Of a stretch of DNA of 64,000 bases, positions 40,479-53,503 are shown piece by piece; within the stretch, counting starts at the first letter, position 1; every line of letters starts with the position of its first letter. The DNA comes from Octopus vulgaris. Its lineage: Eukaryota. Location of the stretch: contig OX597821.1 in assembly GCA_951406725.2 (NCBI GenBank), forward strand, positions 27,466,001-27,530,000. The letters are read 5' to 3'. Under the pieces are notes generated by a model. It worked only from the letters and a program-made list of their open reading frames with translations. It did not search any database and was not told where the DNA came from. Position numbers and translations under genes: made by a program.

Positions 40479-41707
40479 CAGGGTATCCTCAACAAAGTAT
40501 ACACACTTTACATAATCATAAAGTAGGTGTTTATTAAAATACATTTCATTTTCAAAATTTGGTAGAATCTACAGACATTATTTTATTGTTTTGTCAAAGC
40601 CTGTTTACAAACTGACGTTCGGTCTGAGTAAGGCGCTGCTGATAATGCGAAGCAATGGAATCGGAAACATCACGAAACAGTCCATTTGGTATTTCTGTGC
40701 ACTTTCATTTAATGGCTGCTCTCAAATCAGCGACTCTTGCAGGTTTCATAGCGTCGACTTTGTCTTTTAGCTATCCTCATAAATAAGATCTAGTGGTGTG
40801 AGGTCTGGAGAACGCGGAGGGTATTCAATGAAATCCTTTTGTCCAATCCACCTGATTGGTAAGACCTCATCAAGCAAGGATCTAACATCGCGATCAAAGT
40901 CTTCTCTAATGGTTGGCATGACACTGTTGCAGCAAGATCAAAAGTAAATGGGACCAATCACAGCAACGTCAAAAAAGAATGGTCCAATTAATCCTCTTGA
41001 TGATAAGCCACACCACACTGTAACTACTGGTAAATTAACATGGTGGTTTAGCATAACATGCGGATTCTCAGGTCCTCAATCGGTGCAATTGTGGCGGTTA
41101 ATTAAACCATTAAGTTTGAATGTGGTCTCATTACTCCACACAATATTTATTAGAAAGTGTGCATTTTTCTACACATCGTGCCGAGTACCACTTGCAATAG
41201 TGCACTCTTCAGTCTGGATCATCGTCATTAATAGCATGGACTAATCTTGGAACTTAGGTTTTCTATTGACAATGCTTGAAAATGCGTTGGACAGAAAGTT
41301 TTGAAATATTTACCTCAGGACTCACTTCCCGCACAGCTCTTTTTGGATTTTGGTGATACGTTTCCAGCACTCCTTCTTACATTGTAGAGGCTGTCGATGT
41401 TCGTGGAGTTGTCGATGTGGGGGTTCCACATCTCATGGAAATTCTGAAAAAGTTCCATCGGTTACAAACTTTTCTCTAATACGAGTAGTGGTAAGTCGCT
41501 TTGGTGGAGTTGTTTGAAACTCCCTCCTAATCTGTCTTTGCATTTCAACTGCATTTTCACACTTCCAGCAGCATTTTAGAAGGAATTTCCTTTGTTCAAA
41601 ACTTAGTCTGACTGCCATCATTAATTCCAATGGGTTCAATCTGGAAAGAAAAAAAACATCAATTGAATTATCAGCTGCTAAAATGTGTATACATTTTGTG
41701 GGGACAG
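40479..41707 (-). mobile_element. Near full-length defective Tc1/mariner element (DUF4817-type HTH; rosa/DD41D-like by inference)
   Basis: TIRs CAGGGTATCCTCAACAAAGTATACACA and TGTGTATACATTTTGTGGGGACAG set in TA runs. Minus strand gives [46 protein letters not shown] and YPPRSPDLTPLD; frameshifted, middle catalytic Asp not found. Confidence 0.88.
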
Positions 41708-41759
<52 letters not shown>

Positions 41760-42520
41760 AGTACAGACAGGCAGACAGATTGACTGAGAGATAGTTAGAC
41801 AGGTGAATATAGAGTTATGGTTTGATTGTTCGAAATAATGATTATTACACCCACAATATACAAAGCATTCAGCGATCTGTATCAGGTTTACATTCTAGGA
41901 AGAGCGAGACGCATTCTCTTCACCTTCACTCCCACCCTGTCCCCCTATCTCACCGTACACACCCTACACACACGTAGATTTAATTGCAAACAGACTGAAA
42001 AATATCACCAGGTAAGAAGATATACATATAATTAGTTTGCTTTGTTTTACTAAAAAACACTAAAACTGTATGGAACATATTTGTTCAGTGTATCATATTA
42101 GGTATTGTAGCAAGATGAAATGATTTTTGTAACGTCTATATAATATTGACAGGGATGTTTGCGATCAATTTCTAAATAACTCTCAAAGCTTCGTTTCTAG
42201 ATTGTGTTGATCATACACATTCTCATGGGAAAGAATCCAAGTTAATTAAAAAGCCAGAGTCATAACACCTGTATGAATCATTGGATGAATACCGTATGCC
42301 TTTTGCAGCATGAAGGTTAGGATTTAATTTCCCCGTAATGATATAGCAATAGACATTAATAATTTATTGTAGCATTCATTTCTCAGAAGATTCTCATATT
42401 ACATTTCATAGTAATTAGTGATCTAGTGAATTCCTGCCTGAACATGTAATATATCGTCAGATCCATATCTTATTACAAAGAATGTTTAAATAAGGCTTGA
42501 TTAATACTATTTATTAACCG

Positions 42521-42553
<33 letters not shown>

Positions 42554-42662
42554 AAAACGAATTTACTAAATACACACACAGTGGCAGACACACACACGCA
42601 CAACACCGCATAAGTATATATGTATACACAAACACACACACCCATATATATATGTATATGTA

Positions 42663-42750
<88 letters not shown>

Positions 42751-43443
42751 GGTATGTATATATGTATATGTATGTTTGTATATATATATATGGTGAGAGG
42801 GAAAGTATTGCAATGATGCACGCGAATCTTTATGCCAAGATCATTGTAATTCTTTGTTTAGCTAAGTTAATTCATGAACTTAATTCACTTGTCTATATAT
42901 ACATATGTTTCTGTCAGTGAATCTACACCTCTTCGTTGTGTTGTATACGGTGTGAGATAAATTACATAACACTACGAAAAGTGTAACACTACAAAAATGG
43001 TTAACACAAATATCACCATTACTGGTTTGGAGTACTTGAGTTTTTGCTAATTATTAATATCAACTGCAGATATTTTGTACTTTGGTTTACTATAAGGAAC
43101 AGTACTCTGTTTAAGATTATTTTAGAAACGGTTATACGCGTCTCTGTACAGCTTTGGTACAAACATTTATTATCCATTCTTTCTTGAAATATAACTAAAC
43201 TCACAGAGTTTACGTAGGCTAAAGAAATACATTCTATACGAATAAATTCCTTACATTCAATTAGAAGCAATATTTACCTCGGAGGAAAATGTCACATATT
43301 CCCCCCATTGATTTATTCAATACGTTTTGTCACAAGCATCCATATGTTCCCTTCATTAAGTCAACAATAAGTGTCTTCCTTTTTAGATAGTTCTGCAGCA
43401 ACACACATGTAATTACATACATGCCTACATACATACATAAGTT

Positions 43444-43506
<63 letters not shown>

Positions 43507-43689
43507 ATCTGTTTTTCACGTTTTATTTATAATCTTATAATATAAATATAAGATATAGCCTAATATCGTAAAAAGAAATGAAATGAAAAATTGATTGTCT
43601 ATTCTTATTGAATAAATGAAATATGAAATGTCCATTCTTATTGAAGTAGTATACTTTCTTGTATTTATGCAATCTTCAGGATCATATCG

Positions 43690-43790
43690 TGGTAAAAGTT
43701 CTGATAGTGCATTGCCTGTCTGGACAATAGAATTCGGGCATGTGATGCAGTAGATTAATTTTCTGCTTTTGCAGTTCATATTTGCGTTTT
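43690..43790 (-). mobile_element. Penelope-like GIY-YIG endonuclease relic
   Basis: MNCKSRKLIYCITCPNS-IVQTGNALSE resembles the PLE motif CxSxNxIYxIxCxxC...YIGQT...LxER. Confidence 0.7.
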
Positions 43791-43829
43791 TTTAAAATAT
43801 GGCGTAGTGCTTAAAAACGCAGACTACTA

Positions 43830-44832
43830 AGGCCAGTATGGTTAAAGAAAGTGAGGGAAAAACTACTGAGTGAGAGGCAGTTAGATGTAAGATTAACTAA
43901 TGCATTAATGAGAAACATGTTAGGAAATATGCCGAGTTAGAAGAGCCCAGGACCAGATGTAGTTCAAGGCTACTGCCTAAAGATATTCAGTGGTTGAGAA
44001 GGGAGGCTGACTTCAGGATTGCCTTCATGGAGGAATAATACCAGATTGAATGACTAGAAGGCGTACAATACTCATTATGAAGATAAGAGCAGGGGTATTA
44101 CTTTAATCACTTCGCTTGTTTACCGATAGTGTAGAAGTTGTTAACAGGAATGCTTTCAGAAAGCATTAACGAGCACTTTGGCAACCAAAATTTCCTACCA
44201 GAAGAGAAATGGTGCAGGAAGAAGGCTAGAGGAACACATAATCTATTATATATAGACAAAGCAGCTCTAAATGAAGTTAAAGCTAGAAAGAAAAATCGCA
44301 CGGATAGATTATAGGAAAGCCTATAACACGATCCCGCACATGTATAAGTGAATGCTTGAGTACATTCAGTATATCAGACAACATAAGAGAATTAATTAGC
44401 TTTAGCATGAAAGAAATGGAAAGTAGATCAGGTGGCACATTCTTCGGAAAAGTTAATATCACACAAGGAATCTTCCAGTGGAACTTATTGTCCCCTTTGA
44501 TATTTTTTTCAATGATCCTCTGAGTTTAGAATTAAAGAAGGCAAAGGCAGCGTTTCAGTTCAGAAATATCAATGGAAAAATTAACCATTTGCTCTACAAG
44601 GATGAACTGAATCTTTTAGTAAGAATGCAAAATAGATAGCTTCCTTAATACGGAGTGTACGCCTCTACGGCAAAGATATAGGTTTGGAATTTGGCATAGA
44701 TAAGTGTGTAATATTAGTCATCAGAAGGAGACAGGTAGTCAACAGCGAAGGCATCTCATTACTAGATGGTCAGACATTAAAATCATTGAAAGGACGAGTG
44801 AGTTATAAGTATGTAGGAGTATTAGAATCTAC
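43830..44832 (+). mobile_element. Degenerate R4/Dong-like LINE, RT segment
   Basis: WLKKVREK, KSPGPDVVQGY, LLYIDKAALNEVKARKK, DYRKAYNTIPH, GIFQ..LLSPLIF, INHLLYKDEL; similar to ~21480-22260. Confidence 0.85.
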
Positions 44833-44864
44833 ACACAATTGAGGAGGCGCTTTAAGGTCTTCGT

Positions 44865-45395
44865 AAAAATACCAGAAAACTAAGGGTGCCTTATCCTTGG
44901 ATTCCCTTTTTATAGGTGCACGTTCAGAATTGGTCCTTCCACACTGTCCTTTCTTCCAACAAACTTGCTACAAGGCAACACTTCCCTCTCCACCCTCAGC
45001 TTCCTTCTCAAGTGAAACTTCAAAAAGTTGATGAGGACTTGGCTTTAGCCCATTGAAATGGGTCCACCATACTACCTCTTTCGCTATAGCCGCTAGACAA
45101 ATAAAAACTTGTTTGCCCCTCCCGGCGAAAAGAGGGCGGCAAGGTAAATTTCACATGGGATTCAGCCGATAGACGGATCCGTCCTATACGTGGCAGAAGT
45201 TGTACGACATAAACCCACAGGTCAGCAATGCTCGGACACTGGATAGGGCGTGCAGAACGGTTTCATCGGTCTGGGTGCACCGCGAGCAGGCCCAGCTGAC
45301 GGCACTTCTGTGCTGTACATTTCATCCCGAACAGGCAGCGCCCCTCGGTAGTACTGCCAGGCCAGGGATTCTAGAAGTTATCCCTTGGACATATA
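44865..45395 (-). mobile_element. L1/Tx1-type LINE 3' fragment (zf-RVT region)
   Basis: Minus strand gives SLAWQYYRGALPVRD, a CPRC..TDETVLHAL-type knuckle across frameshifts, LINFLKFHLRRKLRVEREV and GPILNVHL*. Confidence 0.75.
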
Positions 45396-45559
45396 CGTGA
45401 AAACCTAATGAAATATATTGAGACATTTAATATAATTGGAACGAGTAAATTGATTTAAGCCTGTATCATCTACATAGGAAATAAAGTAGGCCTTCCACTA
45501 CACCGTAAAACCTGGTACTGGTGTCTGATAACACCTCACATCTTTTACGGAGACCAAAC

Positions 45560-47110
45560 AAGAACTGAAATACAGAGCTAACTTCATGTGGATAATTTTT
45601 GGTGACGGTTAACGTCAAGAGAGGCTTATTTCAAGGAGATAGCCTATCACCATTGCTGTTTGAGATTTTGATGATACCGCTTGCTCATATACTACGGAAA
45701 ATGACACAGGTGTACACCTTGGAAAGTGAAGGAAAATTAAATCATCTGTTATATATGGATGAATTAAAGATCTTTGGGAAGATCGAACGAGAAATAAATG
45801 GACTAGATCTGACAGTGCGGATATTCAGTAAGCATATGGGAATGGAATTTGGGGCTAAAATGTGTGGTATGTTTTTGGCGAGAATATCTGAGAAGAACCA
45901 AATTAATTATGGGAAGTATGCTCAATGGAAAAAAAAATCAGGGCAAAAAAGACGTGGGCTTTTTCTTTAATGCGGAGGAAATGGACAGGAAAACCAGAAT
46001 TGTGATGACAAATAACAAGAGACTATACCCGACGAAGTGACATCAACAGGCTGTATGTGCCTAGGAACGGGGGAGGAAGAGGTCTCATAGGACGCAAGAT
46101 CTGTATTGTCAAAGATAAGAACTGACTGGGATGGTACATCAAATAGCAGAGTGAATCTCTGTTTGCCGCTGATAGAATTAACAATAAAATACCTAACGAA
46201 AATGTGATGCACCCACAAATATTTAAGAAACAAGATGAAGAAAGAAGAAATTGGAAAATTAAATCATTGAATGAGGAATAACTCAGAGAAATTGAAGTCA
46301 AAGGACAAGACCAATACTTGAAGATGGCTATGGAAAAGTGATCTGAAAGAAGGCATTGAGGCATTAATATTCAGAGCATAGGAACAAACTATGAGAACTA
46401 ATTACACCGTGTTCCAAATAGACAGGAGCAGTGAGTCTCCCCCTTGTATATGTGGCAATTACAAGGCAACAGTCTCACATATTTTAAGTTAGTGTAGCAA
46501 ACTGGCCTAAAAGCCCCACTACAAAAGGTACGATGGCGTGGCTAAGTTTGTTCACTGATGACTATGTGACAAGTGCGGCCTGGAAAGAGCACAAAAATAG
46601 TACGAACATGGGCCAGGAGGAGCCACCGAGAACAATGAATATAAGATATTCTGAGATTTCACAATCTAATGTGACTTTCTATTCGCTTCTCGGAGACTAG
46701 GCATTGTTGTGACAGATGTAGGAAAAGAGGAAACCAAGATTATTAATATCGTAACATCTGGGGACGCACGAAAAAGTGACGAAAAACTAGAAAAGGGAGA
46801 GAGGCACAGACTACTAACAGACCAAAACGCAAAAGTATGGGCTATGAGGAGAGTGACTATCATCCCAGTAGTTGTACGGGCTGTACATTAACAACTAAGT
46901 TCAATAAATATGTCAGAGAAATTGGAATTGGCATAAGAGCAGAGCAGGCACAGAAAACACTCAGCTGGGGACAGCTAGGCTTTTGAGATTGGTACTTTGG
47001 TGTTTAATGTCTTCCACTATAATTAACAACCACTGAGCGGGAAGAGACCCAGTAAGAACAGAGTCAACCAGAGCACACAGGATCGGGCGCTCTGTGAAGT
47101 AAAACAGCAA
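45560..47110 (+). mobile_element. Degenerate R4/Dong-like LINE 3' half (RT, knuckle, RLE)
   Basis: VKRGLFQGDSLSPLLF, KLNHLLYMDELKIFGK, RLYVPRNGGGRGL, TVSHILS*C, VTIIPVVV, QLGTARLLR; followed by (GAT)n/(AAT)n. Confidence 0.88.
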
Positions 47111-47201
47111 CAATGATGATGATAATGACGATGATGATGATGATGATGATGACGATGATGATGATAATAATAATAATAAAATAATAATAATGATAATAAT
47201 G

Positions 47202-47240
<39 letters not shown>

Positions 47241-47243
<3 letters not shown>

Positions 47244-47797
47244 GCCCTGATGCAGTACCAGGCAGTGGCTCTCATGGCTTCTGATCTTAACTGATTGGAA
47301 GTGTTATCATGTACATTGTTTTGTCTTGGTATAAAAGATGGGCTACAGCAAATATTCTGCTCAATACCACAGATTTGCTTGTCAGTTGTTTGACCTTAAC
47401 CAGTTGAGCATGTCCCTTAGTGGCTGACGATATGTGCATCTCTGATCACGAGCAGAAGTAGTGGGGGAGCATCATAGCCATGTGTTGAGAGGGATTCTTT
47501 GGGGTTTGAATAGTTCACCTCTGGAAACATGGGTGGTTCTTTCAACATCCTTAAACAACCCTTATTCAGGGACCGTTTGAGCAGGATGGGCTACTCAAAA
47601 TGAAGAAAATTCTAACTGGGCCCCACCTGCAAGGTCATGTGCTGTTTATCTTGATATGAGATCACCATGTCGCGCACATATGGTTGTGATGCATGTGCCT
47701 GGTGTACCTTTATCAGACGGGTAGTCATGATGGGTATATTGGGCTTCGTATATTTTACCCCAGTGTCACTTTGATGGCATGAACTGCTCTCTCACTC
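47241..47797 (+). mobile_element. ~555-bp non-coding interspersed element embedded in (AAT)n, copy 1
   Basis: (AAT)n on both sides; diverged second copy at 47942-48487; no internal ORF of 60 aa or more. Confidence 0.75.
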
Positions 47798-47831
<34 letters not shown>

Positions 47832-47852
47832 GTAATAAAAATAGTAATAATA

Positions 47853-47921
<69 letters not shown>

Positions 47922-47941
47922 ATAATAATACTTATAATAAT

Positions 47942-48487
47942 AATACACTGATGTTATACCAGGCAGTGGCTCCCATGGCTTCTGATCTTAAGTGATTTCA
48001 AGTGTTATCATGTACATTGTTTTGTCTTAGTATAAATGATGGGCTACAACAAATATTCTGCTCAGAATCAAAGATTTCTTTGTCAGTTGCTTGGCCATAA
48101 CCAGTTGAGCACGTCTCTTAATGGCTGGCTTTATGTGTTTCTTTGATCACGAGCAGAAATAGTGGGGGTGCATCATAGCCATGTTTTGAGGGGAATTATT
48201 TGGCAGTGTTTGAACAATTAACCTCAGGAAACATGAATGTTTCGTTCAACACCATTAAACAATCCTTATTCAGGCGCCTTTTGAGTAGGAAGCGTTATTC
48301 AAATTGAGGAAAATTTTAACCGGGCCCCACCTGAGTGGCCATGTGTTGTTAATCTTCACATAAGCGCATATATGGATGTGATGTATATGCCTGGTGTACC
48401 CTTATCAGATGGATAGACCTGATGGGTATACCGAGTTTCATATACTTTACCCCAGTTCACTTTGATGGCATGCGCTGCTCTCACACT
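47942..48487 (+). mobile_element. ~545-bp non-coding element, diverged copy 2
   Basis: Colinear with 47241-47797 throughout, with many substitutions. Confidence 0.75.
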
Positions 48488-48554
48488 AAGAAGCAAATGA
48501 AGAGGAAGCACCTGGGCAAGAAGAATGTCTTAATATATATCATGAATCAATATC

Positions 48555-48760
48555 AGGACATCCCACTTTGAAGGGTATGCATTTGCAATCCAAGACTAGG
48601 AAATATTAACCAAGTACCTGATGACAAAAGGGATAAAGATATAAGAAAAGCAGTAAAATGTAGCAACCAATGCAGGCTTTGTGGAGTTAACTCCCAGGAT
48701 CTCAGCCATATCACATGCAGTTGCCTGACAGTGTCATCACGGTATTATCCACTGATAACA
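48555..48760 (+). mobile_element. Zinc-knuckle fragment of a different RLE-type LINE
   Basis: TSHFEGYAFAIQD*EILTKYL...NQCRLCGVNSQDLSHITCSC..SSRYYPL (CCHC knuckle that precedes RHD). Confidence 0.75.
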
Positions 48761-48959
48761 GACAGAAACAGGCAGAAACAAGGAAAATGCCACTTGTATT
48801 TGAACACTATGCAAATATTCTTTTAAAAAATGTTTTTCTTTTAATCTTTCCCAAATTTAACTGTTTTATATACTTACAGTTGAAAAAGTCTGAATGACAG
48901 TAACCGGTACTGAAATGATGTTTATAAAATTATCTTCGCATTTTCTATCTTGAGTTTCT

Positions 48960-49018
<59 letters not shown>

Positions 49019-49149
49019 GCATAGGTATATATATATACATGCATATATATGCATACTTATATGTACAAGGGTACTGACTGCGAAACAACAAATATACGCT
49101 TCGGTCATTGAGTCGCTATGCATAGATATGATGTGTGTGTATGTATACA

Positions 49150-49571
49150 TGCGGGATGAAAAACAAAACCCGTTAAAGGGCGGAGGAACTCTTGAGAGTC
49201 AACGGGCATCCAATAAATATCTTAAGGCTGTATCATGCGCGGGGACATAGAAATAATCGGACTGAATATCCGATCGCGCGGTTAAACCATTGGGAGTGAA
49301 GGACTCCTAGACTTTGTTAGGGCATCCTTCTAGCAGAAGGTAACTCAGGTAACTGGGATAACTCCGACATAAAACCTGCGGCTCAGTGGTTACCGATAAT
49401 GTTGACTTGTTCTTCTTTTCGGATTATGGCTGCTGTTGCTTAGTGAGTGGGATTGACTCAGTGCACAGCCTTTCCTCACTTTAAAAAAATCTTCTTGCAC
49501 AGGCATTGCACGATAAAAACATTGATTAACCTTAGTGCAATGGCCATACTCGATAACGAGGGGGGCATCCA

Positions 49572-49573
<2 letters not shown>
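49150..49573 (+). repeat. Unclassified interspersed repeat ending at (TA)n
   Basis: GC-richer block with sharp edges between microsatellites; no coding motif recognised. Confidence 0.35.
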
Positions 49574-49624
<51 letters not shown>

Positions 49625-49812
49625 CTAAGCAATTAAGGGTTTAGCAACGAATTGCCTTACCGCACACCGAATTTAGAAATAGCAGTCAAAGAGATTATAG
49701 CTATTTCTTCTACTAAAAGGGAGATCTCAGTAAAAACACAGCATTTGAAAGGCAAACACAAACAGGTAGGAGAGAATGAATTGACGGCAATCTATCATAT
49801 AGTTTTAAGTCA

Positions 49813-49904
49813 CCTACGGACGTAAGTTTCGAGATCAAGTCTTAGGAAAGCATAAGAATTAGATAATTCTACCTTACCCATACTTCTTCTCTCATCAGCG
49901 CAGG
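49813..49904 (-). ncRNA. Type I hammerhead ribozyme motif, stem III variant
   Basis: Reverse complement of 50319-50410 except that stem III reads CUUACG instead of CGUACG. Confidence 0.65.
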
Positions 49905-50318
49905 ATACAAACAATCATGAATGATTGTATATTGAATTTTGAGATACTAGAAGGCACCAACTCAACTCAGTATCAGAGCGAGCTAGAAGCCACAGCTAGT
50001 ATCACCAAATTCAAAGTGTGAATGAAAGTTTATGTCACCAGTCCCTTCCCACCCGCGTGTAGCCAGGACAAAGTGCTGTGGTCATTTACTGGGATGAATA
50101 TGGTTATCAGTAACAATGAAGGGTGAAATTAATTAATTTGGAATAAGTATCAATTACACTAAGTAGTCTTCGGCATGTAAAAGCCTCATTCGAGGAAAAT
50201 TTAAGTAATACTAAGCAATTAAGGGTTTAGCAACGAATTGCCTTACCGCACACCGAATTTAGAAATAGCCTTCTAGTATCTCAAAATTCAATATACAATC
50301 ATTCATGATTGTTTGTAT

Positions 50319-50410
50319 CCTGCGCTGATGAGAGAAGAAGTATGGGTAAGGTAGAATTATCTAATTCTTATGCTTTCCTAAGACTTGATCTCGAAACGTA
50401 CGTCCGTAGG
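50319..50410 (+). ncRNA. Type I hammerhead ribozyme motif, intact core
   Basis: Stem I CCUGCG/CGUAGG; core CUGAUGA (50325-50331); stem II GAGA...UCUC; GAAA (50393-50396); palindromic stem III CGUACG; cleavage triplet GUC ending at 50404. Confidence 0.8.
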
Positions 50411-51252
50411 TGACTTAAAACTATATATATATATATATATATATATCTGTGTGTGTATGTATGTATATGTGTGGAGACCAATTGGGGAAAATACGGAGAA
50501 TCCGAATACTTAAGAATATTTTATTCAAACTTTGTCAGAAGAAGCACCAGTTTAGAATTCAGGATAGAAGTGCAATTGCGATATACAATTAATTCTATCG
50601 TGAAATCTTTCCTTGATATGAAATCCCAAGAATTTTCTTTGAGGTATTTCAATATTTTTCGAAACATGGCTTCTCACGACAACATTTAATTAGATTAGCC
50701 AAAACGAAATCTATGATCGTTAAGCCAATATTTATTATGGAAAAAACTATTTTTCATTATTTACTTGCTCTAATCTGAAATTTACACAGTTGCAAAATCC
50801 TGTCGTTTGAATATACATAAAAAAGTTTTTTCATAAAAATTATATTTGTGTAGAATTATCTGTGAAGGCAGATACGGCATCATTTCTATTTAATCAGCAC
50901 CGGATTGAGGTTTGTAATTTTCCGAGGAATGAAGCATATAATTACCCCATATAATTACCGCCGTTATATAATCTTCTAGTAGAAGTAGATTTCTATAAGT
51001 AAGCATCACCGAAAGAAATGCGTGAACTCTAAGGTCTCATGTTTTTTTTCGACAATGATGCTAACGTTTAGAAATAATATTATACCAATTATTATTTTGG
51101 TGTTCGTAAAAGGGGTCTTGTCACTCGCTAACAACGTACATCCACAGTTAATTTCCTGAAACGTTTCTGTACGAATAAATTACTTACATTTACTTAGAAG
51201 TTTTATTTACTCCCATCGAGAAATGTCACATATTTCATTTAACAATATGTTT

Positions 51253-51667
51253 AGTGGTTGTGTGGTAAGTAGCTTGCTAACCAACCACATGGTTCTGGGT
51301 TCAATCTCACTGCGTGGCATCTTGGGCAAGTGTCTTCTGCTATAGCCCCGGGCCGACCAATGCCTTGTGAGTGGATTTGGTAGACGGAAACTGAAAGAAG
51401 CCTGTAGTATATATGTATATACATATATGTATATGTGTGTGTGTGTTTGTGTGTCTGTGTTTGTCCCCCTAGCATTGCTTGACAACCGATGCTGGTGTGT
51501 GTTTACGTACCCGTCACTTAGCGGTTCGGCAAAAGAGACCGATAGAATAAGTACTCGGCTTACAAAGAATAAGTCCCGGGGTCGATTTGCTCGACTAAAG
51601 GCGGTGCTCCAGCATGGCCGCAGTCAAATGACTGAAACAAGTAAAAGAGTAAAAAGAGTAAAGAGTA
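51253..51667 (+). mobile_element. SINE family A (duplicate at 53037-53453)
   Basis: Colinear with 4551-4953. Confidence 0.85.
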
Positions 51668-51794
51668 TATATGTTTGTGTGTGTGTGCATGGGTGTGTTT
51701 GTGTGTGTGCGCGCGCGTGAGTGTGTTCGTGTGTGCATGAATGTATGTATGTGTATATATAGATGTATATATATGAATGTGTATATGTGTGTGT

Positions 51795-52104
51795 GAAGGC
51801 CCGTGGCTTAATGGCTAGGGTATTCAACTACAATCATAAAGTCGTGAGTTCCATTCCTGGTGAGGAGTTGTGTCCTTCAGCATCACATTTTATTTCAGGT
51901 TGCTCCAGTGAATTCAGCTGGGAAGAATGAGTAGTACCTGTATTTTAAAAAGGACAGGCTTTGTCACATTCTGTGTCACGCTGAGAACTACGTTAAGAGT
52001 ACGCGTGTCTGTGGAGTGCTCGGCCACTTGCTCAGTTTCACGGGCAAGTTGTTCCGTTGATCGCATCAGTTGGAACCCGCGCCGTCGTGACCGACGGAGT
52101 TCCA
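51795..52104 (+). mobile_element. SINE family B (duplicate at 53557-53866)
   Basis: tRNA-like head GGCCCGTGGCTTAATGG...GTGAGTTCCATTCC; 3' part shared with 12783-12966. Confidence 0.8.
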
Positions 52105-52128
52105 GTCTATATGTATGTGTATGTATGA

Positions 52129-52195
<67 letters not shown>

Positions 52196-52321
52196 ACATG
52201 ATCACGTGACCGACCAGACCATCAGATGTTGTTACACATCGCTGGTCACAATGCGTTCGCATTGTTTTAGCCTTCGAATGACGCCACCCCGCTGGCCAAG
52301 CGAGCAGGCCAATATATATAG

Positions 52322-52549
52322 AAGGCGGCGAACTGGCAGAAACGTTAGCTCGCCGGGCGAAATGCGAAGCCGTATTTCGTCTGCCGCTACGTTGTGAGTT
52401 CATATTCCGCCGAGGTGGACTTTGCCTTTCATCCTTTCGGGGTCAATAAATTAAGTACCAGTTACGCACTGGAATCAATGTAATCGACTAAATCCCTTTG
52501 TCTGTCCTTGTTTGTCCCCTCTGTGTTCAGACCCTTGTGGGTAGTAAAG

Positions 52550-52553
<4 letters not shown>
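52322..52553 (+). mobile_element. SINE family C (duplicate at 54084-54315)
   Basis: Head AAGGCGGCGAACTGGCAGAAACGTTAG, B-box-like GAGTTCATATTCC; paralogues at 10043, 9915 and 5760. Confidence 0.8.
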
Positions 52554-52630
<77 letters not shown>

Positions 52631-53472
52631 TTGTGTAGAATTATCTGTGAAGGCAGATACGGCATCATTTCTATTTAATCAGCACCGGATTGAGGTTTGT
52701 AATTTTCCGAGGAATGAAGCATATAATTACCCCATATAATTACCGCCGTTATATAATCTTCTAGTAGAAGTAGATTTCTATAAGTAAGCATCACCGAAAG
52801 AAATGCGTGAACTCTAAGGTCTCATGTTTTTTTCGACAATGATGCTAACGTTTAGAAATAATATTATACCAATTATTATTTTGGTGTTCGTAAAAGGGGT
52901 CTTGTCACTCGCTAACAACGTACATCCACAGTTAATTTCTTGAAACGTTTCAGTACGAATAAATTACTTACATTTACTTAGAAGTTTTATTTACTCCCAT
53001 CGAGAAATGTCACATATTTCATTTAACAATATGTTTAGTGGTTGTGTGGTAAGTAGCTTGCTAACCAACCACATGGTTCTGGGTTCAATCTCACTGCGTG
53101 GCATCTTGGGCAAGTGTCTTCTGCTATAGCCCCGGGCCGACCAATGCCTTGTGAGTGGATTTGGTAGACGGAAACTGAAAGAAGCCTGTAGTATATATGT
53201 ATATACATATATGTATATGTGTGTGTGTGTTTGTGTGTCTGTGTTTGTCCCCCTAGCATTGCTTGACAACCGATGCTGGTGTGTGTTTACGTACCCGTCA
53301 CTTAGCGGTTCGGCAAAAGAGACCGATAGAATAAGTACTCGGCTTACAAAGAATAAGTCCCGGGGTCGATTTGCTCGACTAAAGGCGGTGCTCCAGCATA
53401 TGGCCGCAGTCAAATGACTGAAACAAGTAAAAGAGTAAAAAGAGTAAAGAGTATATATGTTTGTGTGTTTGT

Positions 53473-53503
<31 letters not shown>

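Larger units (their letters stand above)
49622..50426. mobile_element. Non-autonomous Penelope-like/retrozyme-like element with direct and inverted repeats
   Basis: 62-bp perfect direct repeat (49622-49683 = 50208-50269); ~159-bp inverted repeat (49797-49955 vs 50268-50426); (TA)n on both flanks; a hammerhead motif in each inverted arm. Confidence 0.8.

Noticed and set aside
51927-52397. Duplicated 156-aa ORF (also 53689-54159)
   Set aside because: It runs across SINE B, a TA tract and SINE C; the two copies match because of the tandem duplication.
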